Below, one piece after another: positions 9,410-20,679 of a DNA stretch of 64,000 nt. A program made the translations under genes and the position numbers. The stretch lies in NCBI RefSeq assembly GCF_017348835.2, contig NZ_CP071375.1; one strand, given 5' to 3'. The DNA comes from Escherichia coli. GTDB taxonomy: Bacteria; Pseudomonadota; Gammaproteobacteria; Enterobacterales; Enterobacteriaceae. The notes under the pieces were generated by a model, which was given only the letters and a program-made list of their open reading frames with translations, had not been told where the DNA came from and did no database searches. Every line of letters begins with the position of its first letter. Position 1 is the stretch's first letter.

Positions 9410-12400
9410 ATGAAGTTTTTACCCTATATTTTTCTTCTCTGTTGTGGTCTTTGGTCGACCATAAGTTTCGCAGACGAAGATTACATCGAATATCGTGGCA
9501 TCAGTAGTAACAACCGTGTCACACTTGATCCACTACGTCTGAGCAACAAGGAATTACGTTGGTTAGCGAGCAAAAAAAATCTTGTGATTGCAGTACACAA
9601 GTCCCAAACGGCTACGTTGTTGCATACCGATTCGCAGCAACGGGTTCGTGGTATTAATGCTGATTATTTAAATCTTTTAAAAAGAGCGTTAAATATCAAA
9701 CTAACACTCCGGGAATACGCCGATCATCAAAAAGCAATGGACGCGCTGGAAGAAGGTGAAGTCGATATAGTGTTATCACATTTAGTTGCTTCGCCGCCTC
9801 TTAATGATGACATTGCTGCAACCAAACCACTGATAATTACCTTTCCGGCGCTCGTCACCACCCTTCACGATTCAATGCGACCGCTTACCTCATCAAAACC
9901 AGTAAATATTGCTCGAGTAGCAAATTATCCCCCTGACGAGGTAATTCATCAATCATTTCCAAAAGCAACAATTATCTCTTTTACAAATTTATATCAGGCA
10001 TTAGCATCCGTCTCAGCCGGACAGAATGATTACTTTATTGGTAGTAACATCATTACCAGCAGTATGATTTCCCGCTATTTCACTCACTCCTTAAATGTAG
10101 TGAAATATTATAACTCACCGCGTCAATATAATTTTTTCTTGACCAGAAAAGAATCTGTCGTTCTTAATGAAGTACTCAATCGATTTGTTGATGCTTTGAC
10201 AAATGAAGTTCGCTATGAAGTATCACAAAATTGGCTTGATACAGGAAACCTGGCCTTTCTGAACAAACCATTAGAACTCACTGAACATGAAAAACAATGG
10301 ATTAAGCAGCATCCCGATTTAAAGGTGCTGGAAAATCCTTACTCCCCTCCCTATTCTATGACGGATGAAAATGGCTCGGTTCGGGGCGTTATGGGGGATA
10401 TTCTTAATATTATTACTTTGCAAACAGGTTTAAATTTTTCTCCGATCACCGTTTCACACAATATCCATGCTGGAACACAGCTGAATCCCGGCGGATGGGA
10501 TATATTACCCGGTGCTATTTATAGTGAAGATAGAGAAAATAATGTTTTATTTGCTGAAGCCTTCATAACAACGCCTTACGTTTTTGTCATGCAAAAAGCG
10601 CCTGACAGTGAACAAACATTAAAAAAAGGAATGAAAGTTGCCATTCCATATTATTATGAGCTGCATTCGCAATTAAAAGAGATGTATCCGGAGGTAGAGT
10701 GGATAAAAGTCGATAACGCCAGCGCTGCATTTCACAAGGTCAAGGAAGGTGAACTTGATGCTCTGGTCGCGACACAGTTAAATTCGCGTTACATGATCGA
10801 CCATTACTATCCTAATGAACTGTATCATTTTCTTATTCCCGGCGTTCCGAATGCATCGCTTTCGTTCGCTTTTCCTCGCGGAGAACCGGAACTTAAGGAT
10901 ATTATTAATAAAGCACTGAATGCAATCCCCCCAAGCGAAGTTCTGCGCCTGACCGAAAAATGGATTAAAATGCCCAATGTGACCATTGACACATGGGACC
11001 TCTATAGCGAGCAATTTTATATTGTTACGACATTATCCGTTTTATTAGTTGGCAGTAGCCTTTTATGGGGATTCTACCTGTTACGCTCAGTTCGTCGTCG
11101 TAAAGTCATTCAGGGTGATTTAGAAAACCAAATATCATTCCGGAAAGCGCTCTCGGACTCCTTACCGAATCCAACTTATGTTGTAAACTGGCAAGGTAAT
11201 GTCATTAGTCACAATAGTGCATTTGAACATTATTTCACTGCTGATTACTACAAAAATGCAATGTTACCATTAGAAAACAGTGACTCACCCTTTAAAGATG
11301 TTTTTTCTAATGCGCATGAAGTCACAGCAGAAACGAAAGAAAATCGAACAATATACACACAGGTATTTGAAATTGATAATGGCATCGAGAAAAGATGCAT
11401 TAATCACTGGCATACATTATGCAATCTGCCAGCCAGCGATCATGCTGTTTATATTTGTGGTTGGCAAGATATTACCGAGACGCGTGATTTAATTCATGCA
11501 CTCGAAGTAGAGAGAAATAAAGCGATCAATGCAACTGTCGCAAAAAGTCAGTTTCTGGCAACAATGAGTCACGAAATAAGAACACCAATAAGCTCCATTA
11601 TGGGCTTCCTGGAACTTCTGTCGGGTTCTGGTCTTAGCAAGGAGCAACGGGTGGAGGCGATTTCACTTGCCTACACCACCGGACAATCACTCCTCGGCTT
11701 AATTGGTGAAATCCTTGATGTCGACAAAATTGAATCGGGTAACTATCAACTTCAACCACAATGGGTCGATATCCCTACTTTAGTCCAGAACACTTGTTAC
11801 TCTTTCGGTGCGATTGCTGCAAGCAAATCGATCGCATTAAGTTGCAGCAGTACGTTTCCTGAACATTACCTGGTTAAGATCGACCCTCAGGCGTTTAAGC
11901 AGGTCTTATCAAATTTACTGAGTAATGCTCTCAAATTTACCACCGAGGGGGCAGTAAAAATTACGACCTCCCTGGTTCACATTGATGACAACCACGCTGT
12001 AATCAAAATGACGATTATGGATTCTGGAAGTGGATTATCGCAGGAAGAACAACAACAACTGTTTAAACGCTATAGCCAAACAAGTGCAGGTCGTCAGCAA
12101 ACAGGTTCTGGTTTAGGCTTAATGATCTGCAAAGAATTAATTAAAAACATGCAGGGTGATTTGTCATTAGAAAGTCATCCAGGCATAGGAACAACATTTA
12201 CGATCACAATCCCGGTAGAAATTATCCAACAAGTGGCGACTGTCGAGGCAAAAGCAGAACAACCCATCACACTACCTGAAAAGTTGAGCATATTAATCGC
12301 GGATGATCATCCGACCAACAGGCTATTACTCAAACGCCAGCTAAATCTATTAGGATATGATGTTGATGAAGCCACTGATGGTGTGCAAGCGCTACACAAA

Positions 12401-13003
12401 GTCAGTATGCAACATTATGATCTGCTTATTACTGACGTTAATATGCCGAATATGGATGGTTTTGAGTTGACTCGCAAACTCCGTGAGCAAAATTCTTCCT
12501 TACCCATCTGGGGGCTTACAGCCAACGCACAGGCTAACGAACGTGAAAAAGGGTTAAATTGCGGCATGAACTTATGTTTGTTCAAACCGTTGACCCTGGA
12601 TGTACTGAAAACACATTTAAGTCAGTTACACCAGGTTGCGCATATTGCACCTCAGTATCGCCACCTTGATATCGAAGCCCTGAAAAATAATACGGCGAAC
12701 GATCTACAACTGATGCAGGAGATTCTCATGACTTTCCAGCATGAAACGCATAAAGATCTACCCGCTGCGTTTCATGCACTAGAAGCTGGCGATAACAGAA
12801 CTTTCCATCAATGTATTCATCGCATCCACGGTGCGGCTAACATCCTGAATTTGCAAAAGTTGATTAATATTAGCCATCAGTTAGAAATAACACCTGTTTC
12901 AGATGACAGTAAGCCTGAAATTCTTCAGTTGCTGAACTCTGTAAAAGAACACATTGCAGAGCTGGACCAGGAGATTGCTGTTTTCTGTCAACAAAATAAC
13001 TAA
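9410..13003 (+). CDS. evgS: Hybrid sensor histidine kinase (periplasmic binding domains, HisKA-HATPase, receiver, HPt)
   Basis: 1197-aa ORF with a signal sequence, two periplasmic solute-binding-like domains, MSHEIRTP H-box, receiver and HPt domains. Confidence 0.95.
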   Translation: MKFLPYIFLLCCGLWSTISFADEDYIEYRGISSNNRVTLDPLRLSNKELRWLASKKNLVIAVHKSQTATLLHTDSQQRVRGINADYLNLLKRALNIKLTLREYADHQKAMDALEEGEVDIVLSHLVASPPLNDDIAATKPLIITFPALVTTLHDSMRPLTSSKPVNIARVANYPPDEVIHQSFPKATIISFTNLYQALASVSAGQNDYFIGSNIITSSMISRYFTHSLNVVKYYNSPRQYNFFLTRKESVVLNEVLNRFVDALTNEVRYEVSQNWLDTGNLAFLNKPLELTEHEKQWIKQHPDLKVLENPYSPPYSMTDENGSVRGVMGDILNIITLQTGLNFSPITVSHNIHAGTQLNPGGWDILPGAIYSEDRENNVLFAEAFITTPYVFVMQKAPDSEQTLKKGMKVAIPYYYELHSQLKEMYPEVEWIKVDNASAAFHKVKEGELDALVATQLNSRYMIDHYYPNELYHFLIPGVPNASLSFAFPRGEPELKDIINKALNAIPPSEVLRLTEKWIKMPNVTIDTWDLYSEQFYIVTTLSVLLVGSSLLWGFYLLRSVRRRKVIQGDLENQISFRKALSDSLPNPTYVVNWQGNVISHNSAFEHYFTADYYKNAMLPLENSDSPFKDVFSNAHEVTAETKENRTIYTQVFEIDNGIEKRCINHWHTLCNLPASDHAVYICGWQDITETRDLIHALEVERNKAINATVAKSQFLATMSHEIRTPISSIMGFLELLSGSGLSKEQRVEAISLAYTTGQSLLGLIGEILDVDKIESGNYQLQPQWVDIPTLVQNTCYSFGAIAASKSIALSCSSTFPEHYLVKIDPQAFKQVLSNLLSNALKFTTEGAVKITTSLVHIDDNHAVIKMTIMDSGSGLSQEEQQQLFKRYSQTSAGRQQTGSGLGLMICKELIKNMQGDLSLESHPGIGTTFTITIPVEIIQQVATVEAKAEQPITLPEKLSILIADDHPTNRLLLKRQLNLLGYDVDEATDGVQALHKVSMQHYDLLITDVNMPNMDGFELTRKLREQNSSLPIWGLTANAQANEREKGLNCGMNLCLFKPLTLDVLKTHLSQLHQVAHIAPQYRHLDIEALKNNTANDLQLMQEILMTFQHETHKDLPAAFHALEAGDNRTFHQCIHRIHGAANILNLQKLINISHQLEITPVSDDSKPEILQLLNSVKEHIAELDQEIAVFCQQNN

Positions 13004-13007
13004 ATAG

Positions 13008-13042
13008 TGGCTCCCACAATGTTCAAATGTGGGAGCTATTTA
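13008..13042. terminator. Bidirectional intrinsic terminator between convergent evgS and yfdE
   Basis: Stem GCTCCCACA ... TGTGGGAGC immediately after the evgS stop, followed by a T-rich run. Confidence 0.6.
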
Positions 13043-13058
13043 CCAGCACATCTTACAT

Positions 13059-14204
13059 TTATGATGAGAACTCCTGGCGAATTTGTTCCCCATGCTGGTC
13101 GAGCATTGCCGCTCCCGGCATAACATGCGGGTCCGCGCAGCCGCTGATTTTTATCGGATTACCTGGCATCATTATTCCTCCGGCTTCAATCAACATATTT
13201 CTCGCCTGAGTTTGTGGCAAATTAATGGCCTCAGCCACACTTAATAACGGCGCGACGGGCACACCAACTTCATGTATTTTGGCTAACCAAACTTCAGCTG
13301 CCTGCGTTTTTAACGTCCGCTCAATATATTGTTTAAGAATAGCCTGGTTTTGTACGCGTAAAATATTGCTGCTAAATCTGGGATCATTAACCAGTTCCGT
13401 AAGCTCCAGTGCCTGGCATAACGCAGAGAAAAGCTTGTCATTACCACAACAAATCGTAATCGGCTTATCCTGAGTATCGAAAACATCAAAAGGTGCCATG
13501 TAGGGGTGGCGATTTCCCAAACGTTGTGGTGACTTCCCAGTCGCGATATATGCCATCAGCCCGTGCTCCAGAAAACTCAGAGTAGCATCAAACATCGCTA
13601 TATCGACATGCGCCCCTCTCTGGCTCTTTTCGCGGCCATAAAGTGCACTCACTATTCCGCTGAATAAATAGACACCGCCGCATAGATCCGCAAGAGAGGT
13701 ACCAACACGCACTGGCGGAGCATCAGGGTACCCTGTTTCCATCATTATCCCGCTCATTGCCTGAATGATGGTATCGTAGGCAGGAGCATCTTTTAGCGGA
13801 CCGGTATGTCCGAAACCTGACGATGAAGCATATATGAGGCGCGGGTTGATTTCTTGTAACCTTTCCCATGAAAACCCTAGTTTTTCCATTGTACCTGGGC
13901 GAAAATTCTCAGCTAATACATCAGCTTGTTTAAGCATATTTATAAATATACTTTTATCGTGATCATTCTTTAAATCAAGAACCACACTCTCTTTGCCATG
14001 ATTAATAAAACTGTAATAGAGTGACTGTCCATCCACATAGGGACCAAATGTGCGGGTATCATCACCATGGCCCGGCGGCTCAACTTTAATTACCCTTGCG
14101 CCCATATTACAAAGAAGTTGAGTTCCGAAAGGTCCATTAAGGACATGTGTCATATCGATAACTAATAAGCCTTCAAACGGCCCTTTGCTTTCATTATTTG
14201 TCAT
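13059..14204 (-). CDS. yfdE: Acetyl-CoA:oxalate CoA-transferase (family III CoA-transferase)
   Basis: ORF 13059-14243 trimmed to the internal ATG (MTNNESKGPFEGLLVIDMTHVLNGP), 381 aa; CaiB/BaiF family signature. Confidence 0.9.
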   Translation of the reverse strand: MTNNESKGPFEGLLVIDMTHVLNGPFGTQLLCNMGARVIKVEPPGHGDDTRTFGPYVDGQSLYYSFINHGKESVVLDLKNDHDKSIFINMLKQADVLAENFRPGTMEKLGFSWERLQEINPRLIYASSSGFGHTGPLKDAPAYDTIIQAMSGIMMETGYPDAPPVRVGTSLADLCGGVYLFSGIVSALYGREKSQRGAHVDIAMFDATLSFLEHGLMAYIATGKSPQRLGNRHPYMAPFDVFDTQDKPITICCGNDKLFSALCQALELTELVNDPRFSSNILRVQNQAILKQYIERTLKTQAAEVWLAKIHEVGVPVAPLLSVAEAINLPQTQARNMLIEAGGIMMPGNPIKISGCADPHVMPGAAMLDQHGEQIRQEFSS

Positions 14205-14277
14205 TTGCTTATGCCTTGAAAAAAGCCGAAGGTGAAAAGACACTTCGGCATTTATGTAAAATCAATAACATGATTAA

Positions 14278-15222
14278 TTATGAAACCAGTCGACTGACAT
14301 AAATCCACAAGGGAGCCGTGACGACAAAGCCCAGTACGCTCACAGCCAATGACGCTGTACCAGTGCGGGTGTAGACATTAAACCGGCTGGCAATAATGAT
14401 TCCGGAGAATGCCGGCGGTAATGCGCCTGCCAGTACCATCATCTGCAAATGTTCGCGGTTCAAATGACATGCCATACCAACGAGAAGCAGCGCCAGTGGC
14501 ATCAGAATCAGCTTCAGGAAGGTGTTATAAGCAATTTCGGCACTGAACTCGAATTTATGTGCAGCCAGAGTCAACCCCGCAGCGAATACCGCTACCCCTG
14601 AGTTAGCCTTCGCAATCAGATTAAAGGTTGGGTCCCATGCTGCCGGAATTTTTACCCCAACCAACACCAGGATCGTTGCCAGAACAGGTGCCCATACAAC
14701 TGGCTCCTTTGCCGCAGAAATTAATGCGCTCAGATTACTATTCTTCTTACCATCCGCTCCTGAGGAAGGATTCAGCAAATACAGACCAATAGGAATAGTA
14801 ATTGCGTTAACAATAATAGAAATAATTGCTACCACTAAACCTGTTGATACGGAATCACCATAAATAGGATCGAGAACTGCAAACCCCAGGAATCCAATGG
14901 TAGGTGAACCTGCAATTAATGCACATACAGCTGCTTCTGCATGAGTACGTTTAAAAAATTTGTAGCAACCGAACCAGGAGAAAAAGAAACATCCGACAAT
15001 AACCACAAGTGATACAAGGGTCAGACGAGTGTCCGCAAAAATCATTTCCCTGTTTGCCCGGGTAATAGATACAAATAGAGCCGCAGGAAGCGCGTAGTTT
15101 AATACCAGTTTATTAAATGCCCGAGCTTGATCTTCTGAAAATGTTTCTCGTCTGCCGCTAAAATAACCCAACAGCATGATTACGATAATAGGCAATAAAT
15201 CGCCAATAAAAAATGTTAGCAT
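14278..15222 (-). CDS. yfdV: AEC-family transporter
   Basis: 314-aa polytopic membrane ORF located between yfdE and oxc. Confidence 0.9.
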   Translation of the reverse strand: MLTFFIGDLLPIIVIMLLGYFSGRRETFSEDQARAFNKLVLNYALPAALFVSITRANREMIFADTRLTLVSLVVIVGCFFFSWFGCYKFFKRTHAEAAVCALIAGSPTIGFLGFAVLDPIYGDSVSTGLVVAIISIIVNAITIPIGLYLLNPSSGADGKKNSNLSALISAAKEPVVWAPVLATILVLVGVKIPAAWDPTFNLIAKANSGVAVFAAGLTLAAHKFEFSAEIAYNTFLKLILMPLALLLVGMACHLNREHLQMMVLAGALPPAFSGIIIASRFNVYTRTGTASLAVSVLGFVVTAPLWIYVSRLVS

Positions 15223-15291
15223 AATAGTATTTCCGATAAGGGTCCCCTCACCATCGCATAATGAGTTGGCAAGAGGAGACGATGTCAGTAT

Positions 15292-16986
15292 TTAATTACC
15301 AGCGACTTGTTTTGGGTTCAGTTTGGTAATATGGCCACTTTCAGTTCCTGCTGCAGGGTCGATGACCATATTAATAATGGTCGGTTTGCGCGACTGAATA
15401 CCGGTGGTTAAAGCATGACGAAGTTCATCTGTCGTGGTGACGTTATAGCCAACGCCACGAAACGCATCCATTAATTTGTCATACCTTGCATGGTGCAACA
15501 GATCTGTTGGTGATGGTGCACCAGCGCCACTGAGATCAACACCGTCTCCTCTGTAGATGCCGCCATTATTAAAAATAACGATCGTTACCGGCAGGTTATA
15601 TCGACAAATCGTTTCAATTTCCATCCCACTGAAACCAAAAGCACTATCACCTTCAATGGCGACAACCGGAGAACCAGAAGTCACGCTAGCACCGATGGCA
15701 TAGCCCATACCGATGCCCATGACACCCCAGGTACCACAATCCAGACGACGACGTGGTTTATACATATCAATAATATTTCGTGCATTATCCAGGGTATTTG
15801 CCCCTTCATTAACTAAATAAATATCCTGGTTCTCGCGCAATACATCGCGCACAGCACTTAATGCATTAAAGTAATTTAATGGTTGGGTATCTGTACTTAA
15901 TTTTTCATGCATTTTTTGTGCATTTTGCTGCTTGTGGATATTTAAAATATCGCGCCATACCAGTGGAGTCGTAAATGTGTTTTGTTTCAGTTCTGCCAGC
16001 ATACCTTGCATACTGGATGCAATATCACCAACGACTGGCACAGCAATGGGGCGGTTGCTGTCAATTTCCTGCGGTTCAATATCCAGTTGAATAAACTGTG
16101 TATCTGCCGCCCATCCTTTTTTACCGTGTGCCAGTAACCAATTCAGTCGTGCACCAACAAGCATGACAACGTCAGCATTTGCCAGGGCAAACGAACGCGC
16201 AGCTGCCGCAGAAAGTGGATGCGTATCTTCGAGGATCCCTTTCGCCATAGACATTGGCAGGAATGGAATCTGGGCACTTTCAATAAATTCACGAAGCTGT
16301 TCATCAGCTTGTGAATACGCCGCGCCTTTGCCAAGGATAACTAATGGTCGTTCAGCTTTTGCTAAAAGCGAAATTGCGCTAGCGACTGACTTCGGGCATG
16401 GCAATAATGCTGGCGACGGATTTTCAACTTTTACAATCGTGGTTAACGCTTCGTCTTTTTCCATCGTCGCGGCCAGGACATTTGCTGGCAAATCAAGATA
16501 AACTCCGCCAGGGCGACCCGATATCGAGACCCGGATAGCGCGTGCCAATGCAATGCCAAGATCCTGCGGCTGATTAACGCGAAATGCTGCTTTGGCATAC
16601 GGTTTTGCCGCATTCATTTGGTCCAGCTCTTCATAATCACCTTGCTGTAGGTCGACGATCGCGCGGTCGCTGGAGCCGCTAATCATGATCATCGGAAAAC
16701 CATTTACCGTTGCGTTGGCCAATGCGGTCAAACCATTGAGGAATCCTGGCGCAGACACTGTCAGGCAGATCCCTGGTTTTTGGGTAAGAAAACCGCTTGC
16801 CGCAGCGGCATAGCCTGCCGACTGCTCATGACGAAAACCAATATAACGAATGCCTTCCGCCTGGGCATGGCGCGCCATATCCGTCACAGGAATACCTACA
16901 ACACCATAAATAGTGTCAATATTATTCTGTTTTAATGCTTCAACGATGATATGCATACCATCTGTCATTTGAAGTTGATCTGACAT
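15292..16986 (-). CDS. oxc: Oxalyl-CoA decarboxylase (ThDP-dependent)
   Basis: 564-aa ORF with ThDP-enzyme architecture. Confidence 0.93.
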   Translation of the reverse strand: MSDQLQMTDGMHIIVEALKQNNIDTIYGVVGIPVTDMARHAQAEGIRYIGFRHEQSAGYAAAASGFLTQKPGICLTVSAPGFLNGLTALANATVNGFPMIMISGSSDRAIVDLQQGDYEELDQMNAAKPYAKAAFRVNQPQDLGIALARAIRVSISGRPGGVYLDLPANVLAATMEKDEALTTIVKVENPSPALLPCPKSVASAISLLAKAERPLVILGKGAAYSQADEQLREFIESAQIPFLPMSMAKGILEDTHPLSAAAARSFALANADVVMLVGARLNWLLAHGKKGWAADTQFIQLDIEPQEIDSNRPIAVPVVGDIASSMQGMLAELKQNTFTTPLVWRDILNIHKQQNAQKMHEKLSTDTQPLNYFNALSAVRDVLRENQDIYLVNEGANTLDNARNIIDMYKPRRRLDCGTWGVMGIGMGYAIGASVTSGSPVVAIEGDSAFGFSGMEIETICRYNLPVTIVIFNNGGIYRGDGVDLSGAGAPSPTDLLHHARYDKLMDAFRGVGYNVTTTDELRHALTTGIQSRKPTIINMVIDPAAGTESGHITKLNPKQVAGN

Positions 16987-17039
16987 GATTAATAACCTCG
17001 AAATTTTTATAAATTGGGAGCCAGAAGCCCCCGTTAATA

Positions 17040-18290
17040 TCAGATGGCGTGGTTTTGCTTCATTGCAGCAATTTCATCGTCGCTATAACCCAGCTCCTGC
17101 AATACAGCAGCGGTATGTTCACCTAATAGCGGCGCAGCTTTAATATCTGGCGTAAAGGCAGAGAATTTCATTGGACAACCAACTGTCAGATATTTTCCAC
17201 GCAACGGTTGTTCCACTTCGACAACACTGCCACTTTGGCGTAAAGAGGGATCAAGTGAAATTTCTTTCATACTTAAAACCGGTGCACAAGGAATATCAAA
17301 CTGAGTCAAATAGGCCACCGCTTCATGTTTATCAATAGTGACAGTGTATTTTTCGATTTCAGCAAAAATATCGAAAATATGTGGCTGTCGGGCATGGGCT
17401 GTACTGTATGCCGGATCGGTAATCCAATCTGGTTTGCCGATGGCTTTACAGGTGTTTTCCCAGTTTTGCTCCTGAATAGTGAAATAAATATAGGCGTTAG
17501 GATCTGTTTCCCAGCCTTTACATTTCAGGATCCAGCCAGGCTGACCGCCACCACCCGCATTACCACCGCGGGGAACTGCATCACCAAATGTGCCATTCGG
17601 ATACTGCGGGTATTCTTCCAGATAACCCAATTTATCGAGACGCTGCTGGTCGCGTAATTTCACGCGGCAAAGGTTCAATACGGCATCCTGCATTGACATG
17701 GTGACTCGTTGCCCACGCCCCGTTTTTTCTCGATGCAGCAAAGCAGCAAGTAAACCGATCAGTAAATGCATTCCGGTGTTGCTGTCACCCAACGCTGCAG
17801 CGCTTACCAGCGGCGGACCGTCCCAAAAACCCGTAGTAGATGCCGCGCCACCCGCTGCCTGAGCAACGTTTTCATAGGCTTTTACATTCACATAAGGCGA
17901 ACACTCATCAAACCCTTTGATCGAACCAAAAATCAGACGTGGATTGATTTCTTGAATATGCTCCCAAGTGAAGCCCATATGATCAATGGCCCCTGGATGA
18001 AAGTTCTCGACTAAGATATCAGCTTCGCGGATCAGCTTTTCCATTACCTCTTTGCCTTCCGCTGTTTTGGTATTTAATTCAATAGAACGTTTGTTACTGT
18101 TAAGAATGGTGAAGTAAAGCGCATCGATATCAGGAATATCTCGCAGCTGGTGACGCGTTACGTCACCAACGCCGGGGCGTTCAATTTTAATGACGTCAGC
18201 GCCAAACCAGGCCAGCATTTGAGTACAAGATGGGCCAGATTGCACACCGGTGAAATCGAGAACTTTAATTCCTTGAAGTGGAGTTGACAT
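17040..18290 (-). CDS. frc: Formyl-CoA:oxalate CoA-transferase
   Basis: 416-aa ORF of family III CoA-transferase (paralogue of yfdE), starting [20 protein letters not shown]. Confidence 0.93.
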   Translation of the reverse strand: MSTPLQGIKVLDFTGVQSGPSCTQMLAWFGADVIKIERPGVGDVTRHQLRDIPDIDALYFTILNSNKRSIELNTKTAEGKEVMEKLIREADILVENFHPGAIDHMGFTWEHIQEINPRLIFGSIKGFDECSPYVNVKAYENVAQAAGGAASTTGFWDGPPLVSAAALGDSNTGMHLLIGLLAALLHREKTGRGQRVTMSMQDAVLNLCRVKLRDQQRLDKLGYLEEYPQYPNGTFGDAVPRGGNAGGGGQPGWILKCKGWETDPNAYIYFTIQEQNWENTCKAIGKPDWITDPAYSTAHARQPHIFDIFAEIEKYTVTIDKHEAVAYLTQFDIPCAPVLSMKEISLDPSLRQSGSVVEVEQPLRGKYLTVGCPMKFSAFTPDIKAAPLLGEHTAAVLQELGYSDDEIAAMKQNHAI

Positions 18291-18540
18291 AGCAATACCT
18301 ATTAGTTAATTAAATATGTGTTAATTTAGCGTTTATTTAAGGCATAACGCCTCTATAAATAATCCGCAAAATATCGTCGTAGCTGCACTCGATATTTTCA
18401 CATTCCTGTATCAAGTACTGAAAATCATTTCATCGCTACTTCCAATTCCTTTCTGCATGGTAAGTAGTGAGGACGAAAAGAAGAATATGATAAATATTGG
18501 TTCGTGGTAATCAGAGAGAGTCGCGACATTTGTGATGTTA

Positions 18541-18558
18541 TTCTTACAACTGTAAGAA
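18541..18558. promoter_or_regulatory. Perfect EvgA-box-like palindrome TTCTTACAACTGTAAGAA upstream of frc
   Basis: 18-bp perfect inverted repeat matching TTCYTACA-N2-TGTARGAA, about 250 bp upstream of the frc start in the yfdX-frc intergenic region. Confidence 0.55.
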
Positions 18559-18801
18559 GCGCCGGTGATTTACAAGTAAGGGTATGATTACGCTTTTTAA
18601 AGCGTACCATAAAATATAACATATTAAATGATTTGTGATGACACGGGATTATTGCGGTTTACTTTGAGGAATATAAAATGCGAGTTTATAGAACCGCGAG
18701 CGCCAAATAATTTTATGACCACAACCTGTCGTATTGTGGTCATAAAAAATTGTCGGCTGGAGGGAGTTAAATCCTTTACCTCAATATACTGCCTGTCAGC
18801 A

Positions 18802-19437
18802 TTAGTTCACAAACAGTGCTTCGCTATCGACGATGATTCCATCTTCCGCACCTTTAAGCGCCAGGTTTGCCTCGTAGTATTGCTTTTTATCAAGCAGTTT
18901 CTGCGCATCAGCAAGTGCATTACGAGTCTGTTTAAGCGGCATCAGATATTGGTTTTCCATTACGCCAACACCGGCCAGGCGAAGCTCTTCCATTGCGCCC
19001 TTTTTATCCCCTTTCGCCATTTTTTCATTGGCAATTTTTATCGCGGCTTCTTTTTCGGGTGTTGCTACATAACTCTCAGAAATTCCGACAGATGCATTAA
19101 TGACAATATATTGGTCATCATTGAGATTGGTCTTTTTACCTGGCTTAGCGAACTTTGCCCATTCGGTACTGTCATCTGACAACAAAGCGGAAGCTTCATT
19201 GGTCAGTTCTTTTGCCTTTTCCGGATCGCCATGAAACAGAGCCAGGCGCGCTACCTGCACGTCACGCATCGCATATAAACCTTGTTCAGAGATACGCTCT
19301 GCTGCCGCTGCCGTTTTCTGGGTTTGCTGAACTTGCTGAGTTTGCTTTTGTGCCGCTACCGGAGCATTATCAGCAGCCCATACAGTTGAAGATGCCAGAA
19401 TTGCTGTGACCATCGTGGCCATAATTAAACGTTTCAT
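18802..19437 (-). CDS. yfdX: YfdX-family periplasmic protein (EvgA regulon)
   Basis: 211-aa ORF with a signal peptide ([21 protein letters not shown]). Confidence 0.9.
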   Translation of the reverse strand: MKRLIMATMVTAILASSTVWAADNAPVAAQKQTQQVQQTQKTAAAAERISEQGLYAMRDVQVARLALFHGDPEKAKELTNEASALLSDDSTEWAKFAKPGKKTNLNDDQYIVINASVGISESYVATPEKEAAIKIANEKMAKGDKKGAMEELRLAGVGVMENQYLMPLKQTRNALADAQKLLDKKQYYEANLALKGAEDGIIVDSEALFVN

Positions 19438-19533
19438 ACTTACCTCATTCTTTAACAGTTTTAGAAAACGCCGCCATCATATTGGGTGAGCATGAAATGA
19501 GAAATCAGAGAGCAACGGTCATTTTGAAAGGGT

Positions 19534-19590
19534 TATCTTACAGTTGTAGTTATTATCGCAAGAAGTATTTTAGTCTTACAATTGTAGGAA
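19534..19590. promoter_or_regulatory. Two adjacent EvgA-box-like inverted repeats upstream of yfdX (ATCTTACAGTTGTAGTTA and GTCTTACAATTGTAGGAA)
   Basis: Both match the TTCYTACA-N2-TGTARGAA pattern (13-15 of 16 positions) and lie 100-150 bp upstream of the yfdX start. Confidence 0.5.
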
Positions 19591-19732
19591 TATGCTTCCT
19601 GTCACAGAGAACTATTCTTATGTACCACAAAGAGATGTCATTTATTATATCGATGTAAATATTGATTAATTATATGTAAATACAGCCATAACATCGTACA
19701 TTCTCAGTGAACCATTTTCAGGATAACTTTCT

Positions 19733-20008
19733 ATGAAAGTAAACTTAATACTTTTTAGCTTATTTTTATTGGTCTCTATTATGGCATGCAATGTTTTTGC
19801 ATTTTCCATTTCTGGTGGTGGAAGTGAGAGGAGCTATAAAGAGACGGAAAAAACATCAGCGATGACGACAACTCACTCTACAAAAATTCAGCCATCACAG
19901 GCAATTTTGTTTAAGATGAGAGAAGATGCGCCACCATTAAACCTCACAGAAGAAACCACGCCCCCTTTTCCGACAAAGGCGAATTATCTTATTCATCCTG
20001 TGCGATAG
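19733..20008 (+). CDS. ypdI: Small predicted lipoprotein
   Basis: 91-aa ORF with signal peptide and lipobox-like ...SIMAC; divergent from yfdX. Confidence 0.8.
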   Translation: MKVNLILFSLFLLVSIMACNVFAFSISGGGSERSYKETEKTSAMTTTHSTKIQPSQAILFKMREDAPPLNLTEETTPPFPTKANYLIHPVR

Positions 20009-20084
20009 CGTCTGTCACCTGGCAGGTGAACAATCATGTCTGATGCTGATGTGAACACCTGCCCAAATGAGCCATCCTGACCCA

Positions 20085-20327
20085 CTATCGCCTGCCATAC
20101 CCCACCATAAAGCGAATCATCAAGCCACAAGCCGGGGCAAGAAACATAAATATCCCCGTCACCAGTTCATTACCGCCAGTTAACCACATGGTGAAGTAAT
20201 AAATGAGTGCAGCGAGGATCACCATGCCGAAGAAAGAAGAGACCGCCGATACCACGTTCAGTACCTGACCGATGTATCCGCTTACGCAGACAATACACAG
20301 GGCGAGAAACATCCATAAATAAATCAT
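20085..20327 (-). CDS. yfdY: Small inner-membrane protein (DUF2545)
   Basis: 80-aa ORF with two hydrophobic helices. Confidence 0.8.
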   Translation of the reverse strand: MIYLWMFLALCIVCVSGYIGQVLNVVSAVSSFFGMVILAALIYYFTMWLTGGNELVTGIFMFLAPACGLMIRFMVGYGRR

Positions 20328-20679
20328 AGCTCAACCTCCTGCCGCGCTAAAAAACCTGTAACTTCAGTCACTTTAATAGTAAGACAATCCTTACCCTCTG
20401 GCAATTTTTGCTAAGCATCAATGAAAACAGCATGTTAAATGCAACACTATTGCATGCGGAAAATTTTTTACTTTGCACGATTAATAATCAGTAGCTGAAA
20501 GCAGTCAGCCAGTGATAAAGTAGAGCCACCGCATTCATGCTCCTCGTGGTTATGTCCTGACTAGTCTTTACACTCTTTACAGGAACCATTGTCGTACATG
20601 ATGGCCCAACCAATTGAGTGTACCGCTGTCGACATGGAATCTTCTGCGATACAACAATTCGTATCTACAGAAGGTAACT

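Noticed and set aside
18425-19179. ORFs 18425-18622 (minus) and 18628-19179 (plus) in and around the yfdX-frc spacer
   Set aside because: The plus-strand ORF is largely antisense to yfdX; the minus-strand ORF lies in an AT-rich promoter region containing the EvgA palindrome and lacks a credible start context.
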